NCBI GenBank assembly: GCA_045589295.1
Contig: JAZNOU010000012.1
Coordinates: 64,001-128,000, forward strand
Length of the DNA: 64,000 bases
Reading direction: 5' to 3'
Origin: Clostridia bacterium
GTDB taxonomy: Bacteria; Bacillota; Clostridia; RGIG6154
Shown piece by piece: positions 28,582 through 38,252 of the stretch. The position numbers and the translations under genes were made by a program. Every line of letters starts with the position of its first letter. Within the stretch, counting starts at the first letter, position 1. Below the pieces are notes generated by a model, which saw nothing but the letters and a program-made list of their open reading frames with translations, made no database searches and had not been told where the DNA came from.

Positions 28582-29283
28582 ATGAGAATCTGTGTAGATG
28601 CAGGGCATAATTATGATGGGTTTGACACAGGAGCAATTGGCAACGGCTTAAAAGAACAGAATGTTACATTTGAAATTGCAGACAAACTTAAAACCCTTTT
28701 AACCAAAGAAGGTATCGGCGTTACAATGACAAGAGCAAAACTTACTGACAATGTTGGGGTTAATGCAAAAGACAGCATAAATCAAAGGGTGAGAATTGCC
28801 AATACTACAAGATGCGACTATTTTATATCAATTCACTGTAATTCAAGCACAAACAAAGGTGCAAACGGAACCGAAACGCTTATCTACGGGTTTGGTGGAC
28901 AAGCTGAGAGAATAGCAAAAGCGGTAAATGCGAGTATTGTATCAGAGTTAGGTACTTATGACAGAGGTGTTAAAGTAAGAACTGATTTGGGCGTTTTAAG
29001 GGATACTTCAATGCCTGCAATTTTGGTTGAAACGGCTTTTATTTCAAATGAGAAAGATGCTAAACTTTTAAAAGAAAAAACAGATGATTTTGCACAAGCA
29101 ATTTTTGAGGGGATTTTAGAGCATTTGGACAAGAAAGAAGAAGTTGATATCATTGAAAGACTTTCAGAAATTATTGAAATTAATGATAAAACAACTGCAA
29201 AGGCTCAGCTTTTGAAAGAAAAAGAAAAAAATTCAAGTCTGTATTGGATTTTATACAAAATTGCAAACAAGGAGGGGACATAA
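28582..29283 (+). CDS. N-acetylmuramoyl-L-alanine amidase (Amidase_3) endolysin
   Basis: DAGHN, GLKE, ISIHCNS, PAILVETAFISN. Confidence 0.92.
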   Translation: MRICVDAGHNYDGFDTGAIGNGLKEQNVTFEIADKLKTLLTKEGIGVTMTRAKLTDNVGVNAKDSINQRVRIANTTRCDYFISIHCNSSTNKGANGTETLIYGFGGQAERIAKAVNASIVSELGTYDRGVKVRTDLGVLRDTSMPAILVETAFISNEKDAKLLKEKTDDFAQAIFEGILEHLDKKEEVDIIERLSEIIEINDKTTAKAQLLKEKEKNSSLYWILYKIANKEGT

Positions 29284-29483
29284 TGGATGTTGGTCAGATT
29301 ACTGATATGATAATGAATCAGGGGATATGGTGTGCACTTTTCTGCTATCTTTTTTATAGCGTGCGAAAAGAATCAAAAGATGACAAAGCACAGCTTATGG
29401 AACTTTTAAGTCTGCAGAGCGAAAAGCTTTCGGAGATAACCGCGGCACTTGAAAATCTTTCTAATAAAATAAAATCAAATTAA
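29283..29483 (+). CDS. BhlA/UviB-like holin
   Basis: 66 aa, QGIWCALFCYLFYSVRKE single TM then coiled tail; RBS GGAGGG. Confidence 0.75.
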   Translation: MDVGQITDMIMNQGIWCALFCYLFYSVRKESKDDKAQLMELLSLQSEKLSEITAALENLSNKIKSN

Positions 29484-29536
29484 AAATTTAAAAAAACTCT
29501 TTACATTTTGATAATAATATGTTATTATACCTTGTA

Positions 29537-29619
29537 AACCTTTTGCTATGGTTCGGGAATCTCCGACCCGAATCGTTGTGAAATGGCGATTTTATATTAT
29601 TTTTTGGAGGTATTTCAAA
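29537..29619 (+). promoter_or_regulatory. rpsO (S15) autoregulatory leader
   Basis: Structured 5'UTR (GGTTCGGG...CCGACCCGAATC) between promoter and rpsO RBS. Confidence 0.55.
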
Positions 29620-29883
29620 ATGGAAAAAGAAGTAAAACAGCAGATTATCGCGGATAACAAAATCCACGACACAGACACAGGTTCACCTGAAGTTCAGATT
29701 GCAATTTTAACAAACAGAATCAATCACTTAAACGAACACCTTAAAGTGAACAAAAAAGACTTCCACTCAAGAAGAGGTCTTTTGAAAATGGTAGGTAAAA
29801 GAAGAGGTCTTCTCTTATACTTGCAGAAAAAGGACATCGAAAGATACAGAGCTATCATTGCTAAGCTCGGTCTTAGAAAGTAG
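29620..29883 (+). CDS. rpsO: 30S ribosomal protein S15
   Basis: [35 protein letters not shown]. Confidence 0.98.
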   Translation: MEKEVKQQIIADNKIHDTDTGSPEVQIAILTNRINHLNEHLKVNKKDFHSRRGLLKMVGKRRGLLLYLQKKDIERYRAIIAKLGLRK

Positions 29884-30065
29884 TAAAAAACGGAGGGAGA
29901 ATTTTTGCTCCCTCTTTTTTGCGTTAAAAGCCCCGAAAAATTTTGGAGGTTTAACGGAGAAAAGAGTTAGTTTTTTATCCTTGTTTACAATTTAAAAATT
30001 ATTATAAATGCACCTGTGAGTGCAAAGCGCATGGACAAGTGTCCGTGCAGAAAGGTTGGTATTTT

Positions 30066-32162
30066 ATGTTCAAGGTTTTTGAAACCACATTAGCAGGCAG
30101 ACCATTAGTTGTTGAAACCGGCAAGATGGCTCAGCTCGCTAACGGCTCATGCCTCGTAAGATACGGTGATACAGTTGTTATGGCAGCAGCCACTGCATCT
30201 GCAAAACCGAGAGAAGGCGTGGACTTTTTCCCTTTAAGCGTAGACTACGAAGAAAAGCTTTATTCAGTAGGTAAAATCCCTGGTAGCTTTATTAAAAGAG
30301 AAGGAAAACCGACTGAGGCGGCAATACTTGCTTCACGTTGTATTGACCGTCCTATGAGACCGCTTTTCCCTAAAGATTTAAGAAACGACGTTTCAATCGT
30401 TACAACTGTAATGAGCGTTGAACAGGATAATTCTCCTGAAATCGCTGCTATGGTTGGTGCTGCAACAGCAGTTGCAATTTCAGATATTCCGTTTAACGGA
30501 CCTGTTGCAAGTGTGTTTGTTGGCTTAATTGACGGCGAACCTGTTATTAATCCTACAGTTGAGCAGAGAGAAAAAAGCACAGTAGAGCTTACACTTTCAG
30601 CTACAATGGACAAGGTTGTTATGATTGAAGCAGGTGCTAAAGAAGTTCCTGAAGATCAGATGCTTAAAGCAATCTTTGCGGGTCATGAAGCTTGTAAAGA
30701 ACTTTGCAAGTTCATTCAGTCAATTGCTGATGAAATCGGCAAAAAAGAAAAAATTCAGTATACACCTGTTGTTGTTGCAGAAGATGTGTATGAAGCAACA
30801 AAAGAAGCAGTTATTGATAGAATTAAATGGGCACTCGACACAGACGATAAAAATGTTCGTGACGAACAGCTCGCTGTTGTTATTGAAGAAGCTCACGCAA
30901 AGCTTGATGAACAGTTTCCTGAAAGAGAGTCAGAAATTGACGATGCTATCTACAAGCTCCAGAAATATGTTGTTCGCCGTTGGATTTTAGACGAAGGCAA
31001 ACGTGTTGATGGAAGAAACTTAAATCAGATAAGACCGCTCGCTGCTGAAGTTGGCATACTGCCAAGAGCACACGGCTCAGGTATGTTCACAAGAGGTCAG
31101 ACACAGGTGTTGACTGTTGCAACACTTGGCTCAATCAGCGAAAATCAGATTTTAGACGGTATTGATGAAGAAGAAACAAAGAGATATATGCATCACTACA
31201 ACTTCCCATCATACTCAGTTGGTGAAACAAGGCCTTCAAGAGGTCCTGGAAGACGTGAAATCGGTCACGGAGCGCTCGCTGAACGTGCACTCGTTCCTGT
31301 TATTCCTTCAGTTGAAGAATTCCCTTATGCTATAAGACTTGTTTCAGAAGTTTTGTCATCAAACGGCTCAACTTCACAGGGAAGTATCTGTGGTTCAACT
31401 CTTGCACTTATGGATGCAGGTGTTCCGATTAAAGAACCTGTTGCTGGTATTTCAGTTGGTCTTGTTACAGAAGAAGACAGATTTGTTACAATGCTTGACA
31501 TTCAGGGATTAGAAGACTTCTTCGGTGATATGGACTTTAAAGTTGGCGGTACTAAAAATGGTATCACAGCTATCCAGGTAGATATTAAGATTGACGGTTT
31601 AACACCTGAAATCATTAAAGAAGCTTTTGAAAAAACAAAGCAGGCAAGACATTATATCTTAGACGAAGTAATGCTCAAAGCTATTCCTGAAACAAGACCT
31701 AGCGTTTCAAAATATGCTCCTAAAATCATTCAGTTTAAGATTGATGTTGAAAAAATCCGTGAAGTTATTGGACCGGGCGGAAAAGTTATTCAGAAAATCA
31801 TCGCAGATACAGGCGTTAAAATTGATATTGAAGAAGACGGAAGTGTGTTTATTTCAACACCTGATGATGAAGCAGGCAACAAAGCACTCGAAATTATCAA
31901 AGGCATCGTAGCTGAACCTGAAGTAGGTACAATCTACAAAGGTAAAGTTACAAAGATTATGGACTTTGGTGCTTTTGTTGAATTCTTGCCAGGCAGAGAA
32001 GGTCTTGTTCATATTTCAAAGCTTGACACAAAACGCGTTGAAAAAGTTACAGACGTTGTAACAGAAGGCGATGAAATTATGGTTAAACTTGTTGAAATTG
32101 ATCGTCAGGGCAGAATGAATCTTTCAAGAAAAGATGCTTTAGCACCTGCTGAACAAGAGTAA
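30066..32162 (+). CDS. pnp: Polyribonucleotide nucleotidyltransferase
   Basis: FFPLSVDY, RREIGHG, SNGSTS, GDMDFKV, KH and S1 domains. Confidence 0.98.
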   Translation: MFKVFETTLAGRPLVVETGKMAQLANGSCLVRYGDTVVMAAATASAKPREGVDFFPLSVDYEEKLYSVGKIPGSFIKREGKPTEAAILASRCIDRPMRPLFPKDLRNDVSIVTTVMSVEQDNSPEIAAMVGAATAVAISDIPFNGPVASVFVGLIDGEPVINPTVEQREKSTVELTLSATMDKVVMIEAGAKEVPEDQMLKAIFAGHEACKELCKFIQSIADEIGKKEKIQYTPVVVAEDVYEATKEAVIDRIKWALDTDDKNVRDEQLAVVIEEAHAKLDEQFPERESEIDDAIYKLQKYVVRRWILDEGKRVDGRNLNQIRPLAAEVGILPRAHGSGMFTRGQTQVLTVATLGSISENQILDGIDEEETKRYMHHYNFPSYSVGETRPSRGPGRREIGHGALAERALVPVIPSVEEFPYAIRLVSEVLSSNGSTSQGSICGSTLALMDAGVPIKEPVAGISVGLVTEEDRFVTMLDIQGLEDFFGDMDFKVGGTKNGITAIQVDIKIDGLTPEIIKEAFEKTKQARHYILDEVMLKAIPETRPSVSKYAPKIIQFKIDVEKIREVIGPGGKVIQKIIADTGVKIDIEEDGSVFISTPDDEAGNKALEIIKGIVAEPEVGTIYKGKVTKIMDFGAFVEFLPGREGLVHISKLDTKRVEKVTDVVTEGDEIMVKLVEIDRQGRMNLSRKDALAPAEQE

Positions 32163-32246
32163 AAACAGTTTATTTAAACCAAAAACTTGAAATTTATAAA
32201 TTAAAGTATTATAATACTTTTGATAAACATTAAGGAGGAAATTAAT

Positions 32247-33257
32247 ATGTCAGTAAAAGTTGCTATTAATGGTTTCGGCCGTATCGGTCGTCTTGCATTC
32301 AGACAGATGTTTGGTGCAGAAGGTTATGAAGTTGTTGCTATCAACGACTTAACAGATCCAAAAATGCTTGCTCACCTTTTGAAGTATGATTCTTCACAGG
32401 GCAGATATGACGGTCACACCGTAGAAGCAGGCGAAGACTTCATCAAAGTTGATGGAAAAGAAATTAAAATTTATGCTATTAAAGACGCTAACGAATGCCC
32501 ATGGGGTGCTTTAGACGTTGACGTAGTATTAGAATGCACAGGTTTCTACTGCTCAAAAGATAAGAGCCAGGCTCATATCAATGCAGGTGCTAAAAAAGTT
32601 GTTATCTCAGCTCCAGCTGGTAACGACCTCAAAACAATCGTATTCAGCGTAAATGAAAACACTCTTACAAAAGAAGATACAATCATTTCAGCTGCATCAT
32701 GCACAACAAACTGCTTAGCTCCAATGGCTAAAGCTCTTAACGACTACGCTCCAATCCAGAGCGGTATCATGGCTACAATCCATGCTTACACAGGCGATCA
32801 GATGATCTTAGACGGTCCACACAGAAAAGGTGACTTAAGAAGAGCTCGTGCTGGTGCTGCTAACATCGTTCCTAACTCAACAGGTGCTGCTAAAGCTATC
32901 GGTTTAGTTATTCCAGAACTCAACGGCAAACTTATCGGTGCTGCTCAGCGTGTTCCTGTACCAACAGGTTCAACAACAATTTTAACAGCTGTTGTTAAAG
33001 GCAAAGATGTAACAAAAGAAGGTATCAACGCTGCAATGAAAGCTGCTGCTTCAGATAGCTTTGGTTACAACACAGATGAAATCGTATCTTCAGATATCAT
33101 TGGTATCACATACGGTTCATTATTTGATGCTACACAGACAATGGTAACATCAATCGGCGATGACCTCTATCAGGTACAGGTTGTTTCATGGTATGACAAC
33201 GAAAACTCATACACAAGCCAGATGGTTAGAACAATCAAATACTTCGCAGAACTTTAA
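32247..33257 (+). CDS. gap: Glyceraldehyde-3-phosphate dehydrogenase (type I)
   Basis: [24 protein letters not shown]. Confidence 0.98.
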   Translation: MSVKVAINGFGRIGRLAFRQMFGAEGYEVVAINDLTDPKMLAHLLKYDSSQGRYDGHTVEAGEDFIKVDGKEIKIYAIKDANECPWGALDVDVVLECTGFYCSKDKSQAHINAGAKKVVISAPAGNDLKTIVFSVNENTLTKEDTIISAASCTTNCLAPMAKALNDYAPIQSGIMATIHAYTGDQMILDGPHRKGDLRRARAGAANIVPNSTGAAKAIGLVIPELNGKLIGAAQRVPVPTGSTTILTAVVKGKDVTKEGINAAMKAAASDSFGYNTDEIVSSDIIGITYGSLFDATQTMVTSIGDDLYQVQVVSWYDNENSYTSQMVRTIKYFAEL

Positions 33258-33326
33258 TACACAAAAAACAAAACGGCGAGAAACCTCGCCGTTTATTTTT
33301 TTCTCAATGGCGAATATACATTCGTT

Positions 33327-33393
33327 TTGTGCCTCACTTCGTTTGGCACAATCAAATTTATAGGTATAAAAAGTCAGGTACACGCACTCTGAC
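33327..33393 (-). repeat. Dispersed hairpin repeat, copy C (partial)
   Basis: TTGTGCC...GGCACAA-T-CAAATTTATAGGTATAAAAAGTCAGG...CTGAC; nearly identical linker to copy B. Confidence 0.65.
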
Positions 33394-33655
33394 GCGGAAC
33401 TTTTTCTAATATTTGCCGTCAAAAAGGGGCGCAGAAGGATTTTATACATAATATATATAGAAGAAACACCAAAAAACTGTTACAAAACCGCCGTAATATT
33501 ACATAAATTTCGGTAAATTTGCAGTTATTTTACAATTATGTTACAAAGTGCGTTTTTGTATTGACATTTAATTGGCATTTGTTGTATAATTTCAAGCGTA
33601 AAGTAAGCTACATATCCGTGTAGCAAAAAATTATTATGAAAGGGGATTTTTTACT

Positions 33656-36544
33656 ATGAAAAATCTTACAAGAGTTCTTGCATTAGTATTAACTTTTGCT
33701 ATGATGATCAGCACAGTAGCTTTCGCTGCTTCATTCGCTGATATCGAAGCTGGTTCTACTTATGCAGAAGCTACAGCAGTTCTTGCTGACCTTGGTATCC
33801 TCAAAGGTTACGAAGATGGCACATTCGGTGCTGACAAAGTTATCACAAGAGCTGAAGTAGTTGCAGTTGTTAACAGACTGCAGGGATTATCAGATGCTGC
33901 TAAAGCAGCTGGTGGTGCAACTCAGTACACAGACGTTCCTTCAACAGAATGGTTCGCTGGTGACGTAAACCTCGCTACACAGATGGGTATCGTATCTGGT
34001 GACGGCAATGGTTTATTCAGACCAAACGACCAGGTTAAGTATGAAGAAGCTGTTAAAATGGTAGTTGCAGCTCTTGGTTACAACCAGGAATATGTATTAA
34101 AGAGAGGCGGATGGCCAACAGGTTATCTCGTAATCGCTACAGAAGCTGAAATTTCAAAAGGTGTTGCTGCTGGTGCAGGCGAACCTGCTTACAGAGGCAT
34201 CGTTGCTAAGCTCGCTTACAACGCTTTGACAGCTCCTACATTTGCTTTCAATTCATACTCAACAGATGGCAAAGCTATCTACACAGTAAATGAAGAAAAG
34301 ATTACTCTCGAAGAAAAACTTCAGGTTTCAAAATTAACAGGTAATGTTGTTGCTAACTCAATTACAGCATTAGCTGGCGCTAAAACTGAAAATGATGAAG
34401 TAGCTTTCAATGTTACAGACAACAAAACAGGTAAAGCTGCTAACACATTTGCTCTTGGCGTAGACACATTCAAAACAGCTACAGATGTTGCTGATACACT
34501 CGGTTACACAGCTGATGTTTATGTAAAAGCTAACGCTAACAACGAATACGAAATCATTTCTTACGTTGTAAACGCTGGTAAGAATAAGACAGTTGCTATT
34601 GCTGATCCTTCAACAATTCAGTCAACAACTGCTCTCACATACGCTTCAGATTTCGCAAGCGCTAACAAATTCATCTCAGTTTATGATGATGAAAAAGATG
34701 TTATCAACACAACATATGACATCGCTGACGCAGCTAAAGTTATCGTAAATGGCCAGGTTGCTGGTAATGCTACAGCATTAGCTACAACAAACATGTACGA
34801 TATCGCTGGTTTGGCTGCAGCTGAACTCGGTTTAATCTGGGCTCCTGCTTACGGCGAAGTTGAATTACTTGACAACAACAACGATGGCAAATACGATTAT
34901 ATTTTCGTTACATCATACGTTGTATCAGTAGTTGACGAAGTTATCGACACAGCTACATCAAAGAAAATCTATGCTAAAGACGGCGTTATCGACCTTCTTA
35001 AGCACATCGAAGGCGAAAAAGGCTATGCTTACAAACTTACTTTAGATGGTAAAGAAGCAGCTATCGCTGACCTTACTGAAAAAGACGTAATCGCAGTTGC
35101 TATGGCTAAAGATAAGTCTTCATACGACATCAAAGCTACAAGAAAAACAGCTGCTGGTATGGTTACAGAATTAGATAACACATCAGCTAACAGAGCTGAA
35201 TGGGTATTCACAGTTGACGGTACAGAATACAAAATTGCTAACCTCGCTGCTAAAACAAATGCAGGTATGGACAGCGTAAACGCTGGTGACGAAGTTACAA
35301 TGTTCCTCGATGAATTTGGTAACATCGCTCTTGCTGACAAAACTTCTACAACAGCTAAGAACTACGGCTTTATCGTAGGCGCTGGTGTTGAAACATCAAT
35401 CGGTGATGCAACATACCAGGTAAGACTTCTTAACAAAGAAGGCGAAATCGTAACATACGAACTCGCTGACAACGTAAGATTTGCTGGTGCTGGTGCAAAC
35501 GGTGTTGTAGCTACAACACCTGCAGCTACAGTTTACTCTGCAGTATATGCACTCAACACACATGGTTGGGTAATTCAGGCTGCTAGCGCTTCAACAGCTC
35601 AGATCCAGAGCTACGCTAACAGAGTTGTTACTTACAGAGCTAACTCAGAAGGCAAAATTACTGAAATCGTTCTTACATCAACAGGTACTGACAAACCATA
35701 CATCACATTTAACGCTGCTGACGCTGTTACAGCTCAGTACAACGGCAAAACTCAGACATTCATCGGCGAAGCTGCTGTTACAGAAGATACTGTAGTATTC
35801 AATCTTCCTATCACAGCTACAGCTACAAGAGATGACTTTGAAATTTCAACAATCGCATCACTTTCACACGAACAGTCATACGATGTTGCTTTCTTGTCAA
35901 TCGACGATGAAAACGTTGCTGGTGCTCTTATCGTTGTTAACAACGACGCTACAGTAGCTTCTGGTTCTAACCTTGCTGTTGCTACAAAGATTATGGCTGC
36001 TCAGAATGCTGATTACGAAGCTATCTACAATGTAACATTCTTACAGAACGGCGAAACAAAAACATTAGCTACAACAGCTGACGTTGCTGGTATCATCGCT
36101 TCTAAGATGGCTGCAGGCGTAGTATTCGAATATTCAGTAAATGAAGAAGGCGCTATCAATGCAATCGCATTAGGCACAGCTAAAGACGCTGCTTGGGCTG
36201 GCGATGTTGCTACACTTAACAACAATGGTTCTAACTTCGTATTCAACGGTGCTAAAGAACAGTATGTATTTGGTGTAGTATACGCTAAGACAAACAACAG
36301 AGTTCTTGCTATCGGTGCTGCTCAGGATACACACGCTATCGCTGCTGACGCTAACTTCTACCTCGTAGACCTTACAAAAGCTAAGAACAACGTTTCTGTT
36401 TCATCATTCGCTGAAATCAGAAAGTTCAACGCTTTAGGCGGAACTGATTACGACTATGCAGTATTCATGAAATACTTCAATGACGAAATCACAGACGTTG
36501 TAATCTACAAAGGTTACACAACAATGGGCTATGACGCTCTTTAA
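33656..36544 (+). CDS. Major S-layer protein (N-terminal SLH domains)
   Basis: Signal peptide, GILKGYEDGTF, ITRAE, FRPNDQV; Ala/Thr-rich; highly biased codons; promoter TTGACA(33561)...TATAAT(33585). Confidence 0.88.
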   Translation: MKNLTRVLALVLTFAMMISTVAFAASFADIEAGSTYAEATAVLADLGILKGYEDGTFGADKVITRAEVVAVVNRLQGLSDAAKAAGGATQYTDVPSTEWFAGDVNLATQMGIVSGDGNGLFRPNDQVKYEEAVKMVVAALGYNQEYVLKRGGWPTGYLVIATEAEISKGVAAGAGEPAYRGIVAKLAYNALTAPTFAFNSYSTDGKAIYTVNEEKITLEEKLQVSKLTGNVVANSITALAGAKTENDEVAFNVTDNKTGKAANTFALGVDTFKTATDVADTLGYTADVYVKANANNEYEIISYVVNAGKNKTVAIADPSTIQSTTALTYASDFASANKFISVYDDEKDVINTTYDIADAAKVIVNGQVAGNATALATTNMYDIAGLAAAELGLIWAPAYGEVELLDNNNDGKYDYIFVTSYVVSVVDEVIDTATSKKIYAKDGVIDLLKHIEGEKGYAYKLTLDGKEAAIADLTEKDVIAVAMAKDKSSYDIKATRKTAAGMVTELDNTSANRAEWVFTVDGTEYKIANLAAKTNAGMDSVNAGDEVTMFLDEFGNIALADKTSTTAKNYGFIVGAGVETSIGDATYQVRLLNKEGEIVTYELADNVRFAGAGANGVVATTPAATVYSAVYALNTHGWVIQAASASTAQIQSYANRVVTYRANSEGKITEIVLTSTGTDKPYITFNAADAVTAQYNGKTQTFIGEAAVTEDTVVFNLPITATATRDDFEISTIASLSHEQSYDVAFLSIDDENVAGALIVVNNDATVASGSNLAVATKIMAAQNADYEAIYNVTFLQNGETKTLATTADVAGIIASKMAAGVVFEYSVNEEGAINAIALGTAKDAAWAGDVATLNNNGSNFVFNGAKEQYVFGVVYAKTNNRVLAIGAAQDTHAIAADANFYLVDLTKAKNNVSVSSFAEIRKFNALGGTDYDYAVFMKYFNDEITDVVIYKGYTTMGYDAL

Positions 36545-36566
36545 TTCCTAACTTAGGAGTTAACAT

Positions 36567-36598
36567 AAAAACCGAGGACTTAGGTCCTCGGTTTTTTT
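36567..36598 (+). terminator. Intrinsic terminator after the S-layer gene
   Basis: AAAACCGAGGAC-ttag-GTCCTCGGTTTTTTT. Confidence 0.85.
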
Positions 36599-36673
36599 AT
36601 CCCTTACAAAATGATTTGTTTCTTGACCAAAGGTGTTAATTTTGGTATAATCAAATAAAAAACGGAGAGAGAT

Positions 36674-37177
36674 ATGCACAACAAATTAACTAAGGCTGAT
36701 ATAAATAAGATGCAGGAAGAAATTGAATACAGAGAGGTTGTTTTAAGACCGAAAATTTTAGAAGATGTAAATGTTGCACGCGGATACGGCGACCTTTCTG
36801 AAAATGCAGAGTACAAGATTGCAAAGCAAGAAAAGAATCGTAATGAAAGCAGAATAAGACATCTTAAAAATATGATAAAGACGGCAATTATTATAGAAGA
36901 CAACTCAAAAGATGATGAGGTAGGCTTATCCGACACCGTTACGCTTTATATTGAAGACGAAGAGGTTGAAGAAACTTATACAATAGTTACAAATATAAGA
37001 GTTGACTTAACGGGCAGTTATATCAGCTACGAGTCGCCCGTAGCAAAAGCGATTTTAGGCAAAAAACAGGGCGACAGAGTGAAAGTTAAAGTGTCAGATG
37101 ACTATTCTTATTACTGCGTGATAAAAGAATTAAAAAAAGGAACGGAAGACGATTCAAGACCAATCCGTGGTTATTGA
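36674..37177 (+). CDS. greA: Transcription elongation factor GreA
   Basis: GDLSENAEY, ISYESPVAKAILGKK. Confidence 0.9.
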   Translation: MHNKLTKADINKMQEEIEYREVVLRPKILEDVNVARGYGDLSENAEYKIAKQEKNRNESRIRHLKNMIKTAIIIEDNSKDDEVGLSDTVTLYIEDEEVEETYTIVTNIRVDLTGSYISYESPVAKAILGKKQGDRVKVKVSDDYSYYCVIKELKKGTEDDSRPIRGY

Positions 37178-37226
37178 TTAAGAAAAAAGGCGATGGGAAA
37201 ACCATCGCCTTTTTATATTAAAAAAT

Positions 37227-37595
37227 TTAATCGTTGTCGATTTCCCACGAGATTATTTTTCCGTCTGACACTGAAATTTCTGCGCTATATTCTGTTCTGC
37301 CTTTACGAAATTCAATTTCATACACTAATATACCATTCTCGTAGTCTTTTTCTGTTCTTTCAAAGATTACATCATTTTCTGTAAGCCCTGCTTTGTCAAG
37401 GGCGATTTTTTTAGCGTCTGCGTCTGTTATTTCGCTTTTAGTTTGTTGTATGCTCTGTTCGTTTTTTACATTAGGAATACCGCCTGACTGGGAAACGGGA
37501 TTTCCTCCACCTTGAAGTTTTGTTGCTGTCATTCCGACAAACAAGCAAGCAAATGCAACAATTACTGTTAGCCATAAAGGAACGCTATTTTTCAT
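37227..37595 (-). CDS. PepSY-domain secreted/membrane protein
   Basis: TM, then ITDADAKKIAL..AG...VYEIEF....EYSAEI...GKII. Confidence 0.8.
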   Translation of the reverse strand: MKNSVPLWLTVIVAFACLFVGMTATKLQGGGNPVSQSGGIPNVKNEQSIQQTKSEITDADAKKIALDKAGLTENDVIFERTEKDYENGILVYEIEFRKGRTEYSAEISVSDGKIISWEIDND

Positions 37596-37637
37596 AAAAT
37601 TACCTCCTCTTAGAATTATAAGCAAAGCTTTTTAAAT

Positions 37638-38177
37638 TTATTCATAGCGGGGAAGTTCTACAACTTTATATGTATGATTTGTATAGGGAACTAATTTTTC
37701 AAAAATATCTTTTGTTCTAATTTTAAGGCTTGAGGTATTTATATTTGGGTGGCAACCGATAAACTCCGACTCTAACAGTTCTTTGTCCACCAAAAGAGTA
37801 ACATTGTTTTCGGTGTCAAAAATAAGTCCTGTTACGCTTGCTGAACCTGGCATTAATCCAAGATATTTTTCCATAGCGCAAGAATCTGCAAAAGAAAGTC
37901 TTGAAGAATTTATCTGTGCCGACAAATCTTTGGTTTTAAACGGCTTATCGCCAGGCATCATCAAAAGATAAAAATCGGTCTTTTGGCGGTTGCACAAAAA
38001 CAAATTTTTGCATATAGCACAACCTAAGGCTTTGTCGATTTCAAGACAAAGCTCCATTGTGTCAGCCTTATCGTGATCAATTCTTTCATATTCTATTTCT
38101 AAACTATCCAAAACATCATAAACTTTTGTTTCTTTTTCGCCTCTTATGTCTTGCGGACGTCCTTTTTGTAAAATCAT
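37638..38177 (-). CDS. YbaK/ProX aminoacyl-tRNA deacylase
   Basis: CKNLFL, RLSFA, PGSASV, GCHPN.NT. Confidence 0.88.
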   Translation of the reverse strand: MILQKGRPQDIRGEKETKVYDVLDSLEIEYERIDHDKADTMELCLEIDKALGCAICKNLFLCNRQKTDFYLLMMPGDKPFKTKDLSAQINSSRLSFADSCAMEKYLGLMPGSASVTGLIFDTENNVTLLVDKELLESEFIGCHPNINTSSLKIRTKDIFEKLVPYTNHTYKVVELPRYE

Positions 38178-38252
38178 AAAATCAACTCCTGATAATTAAA
38201 GTATACAACAAAAAGCTCGCGCTTGCAAGCGCGAGCTTTTTAAAAATAATAA

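Larger units (their letters stand above)
15878..29483 (+). mobile_element. Phage-derived structural and lysis operon with no integrase or replication genes (domesticated prophage / GTA candidate)
   Basis: 16 co-directional, closely spaced or overlapping ORFs from terS to holin between holA and rpsO. Confidence 0.85.

Noticed and set aside
21267-29483. F-type tailocin / contractile injection system
   Set aside because: Terminase, portal and capsid are present and intact; no sheath and no tape measure
15118-29540. Complete inducible prophage with attL/attR
   Set aside because: No integrase, replication genes or tape measure; I found no direct repeat shared by the two ends (the 24-bp repeat brackets only the small XRE cassette)
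29548-29619. N-terminal extension of S15 (and similar extensions of pnp, gap, htpG, AraC, Gfo)
   Set aside because: Downstream ATGs have proper RBSs and match the family N-termini; upstream sequence is leader
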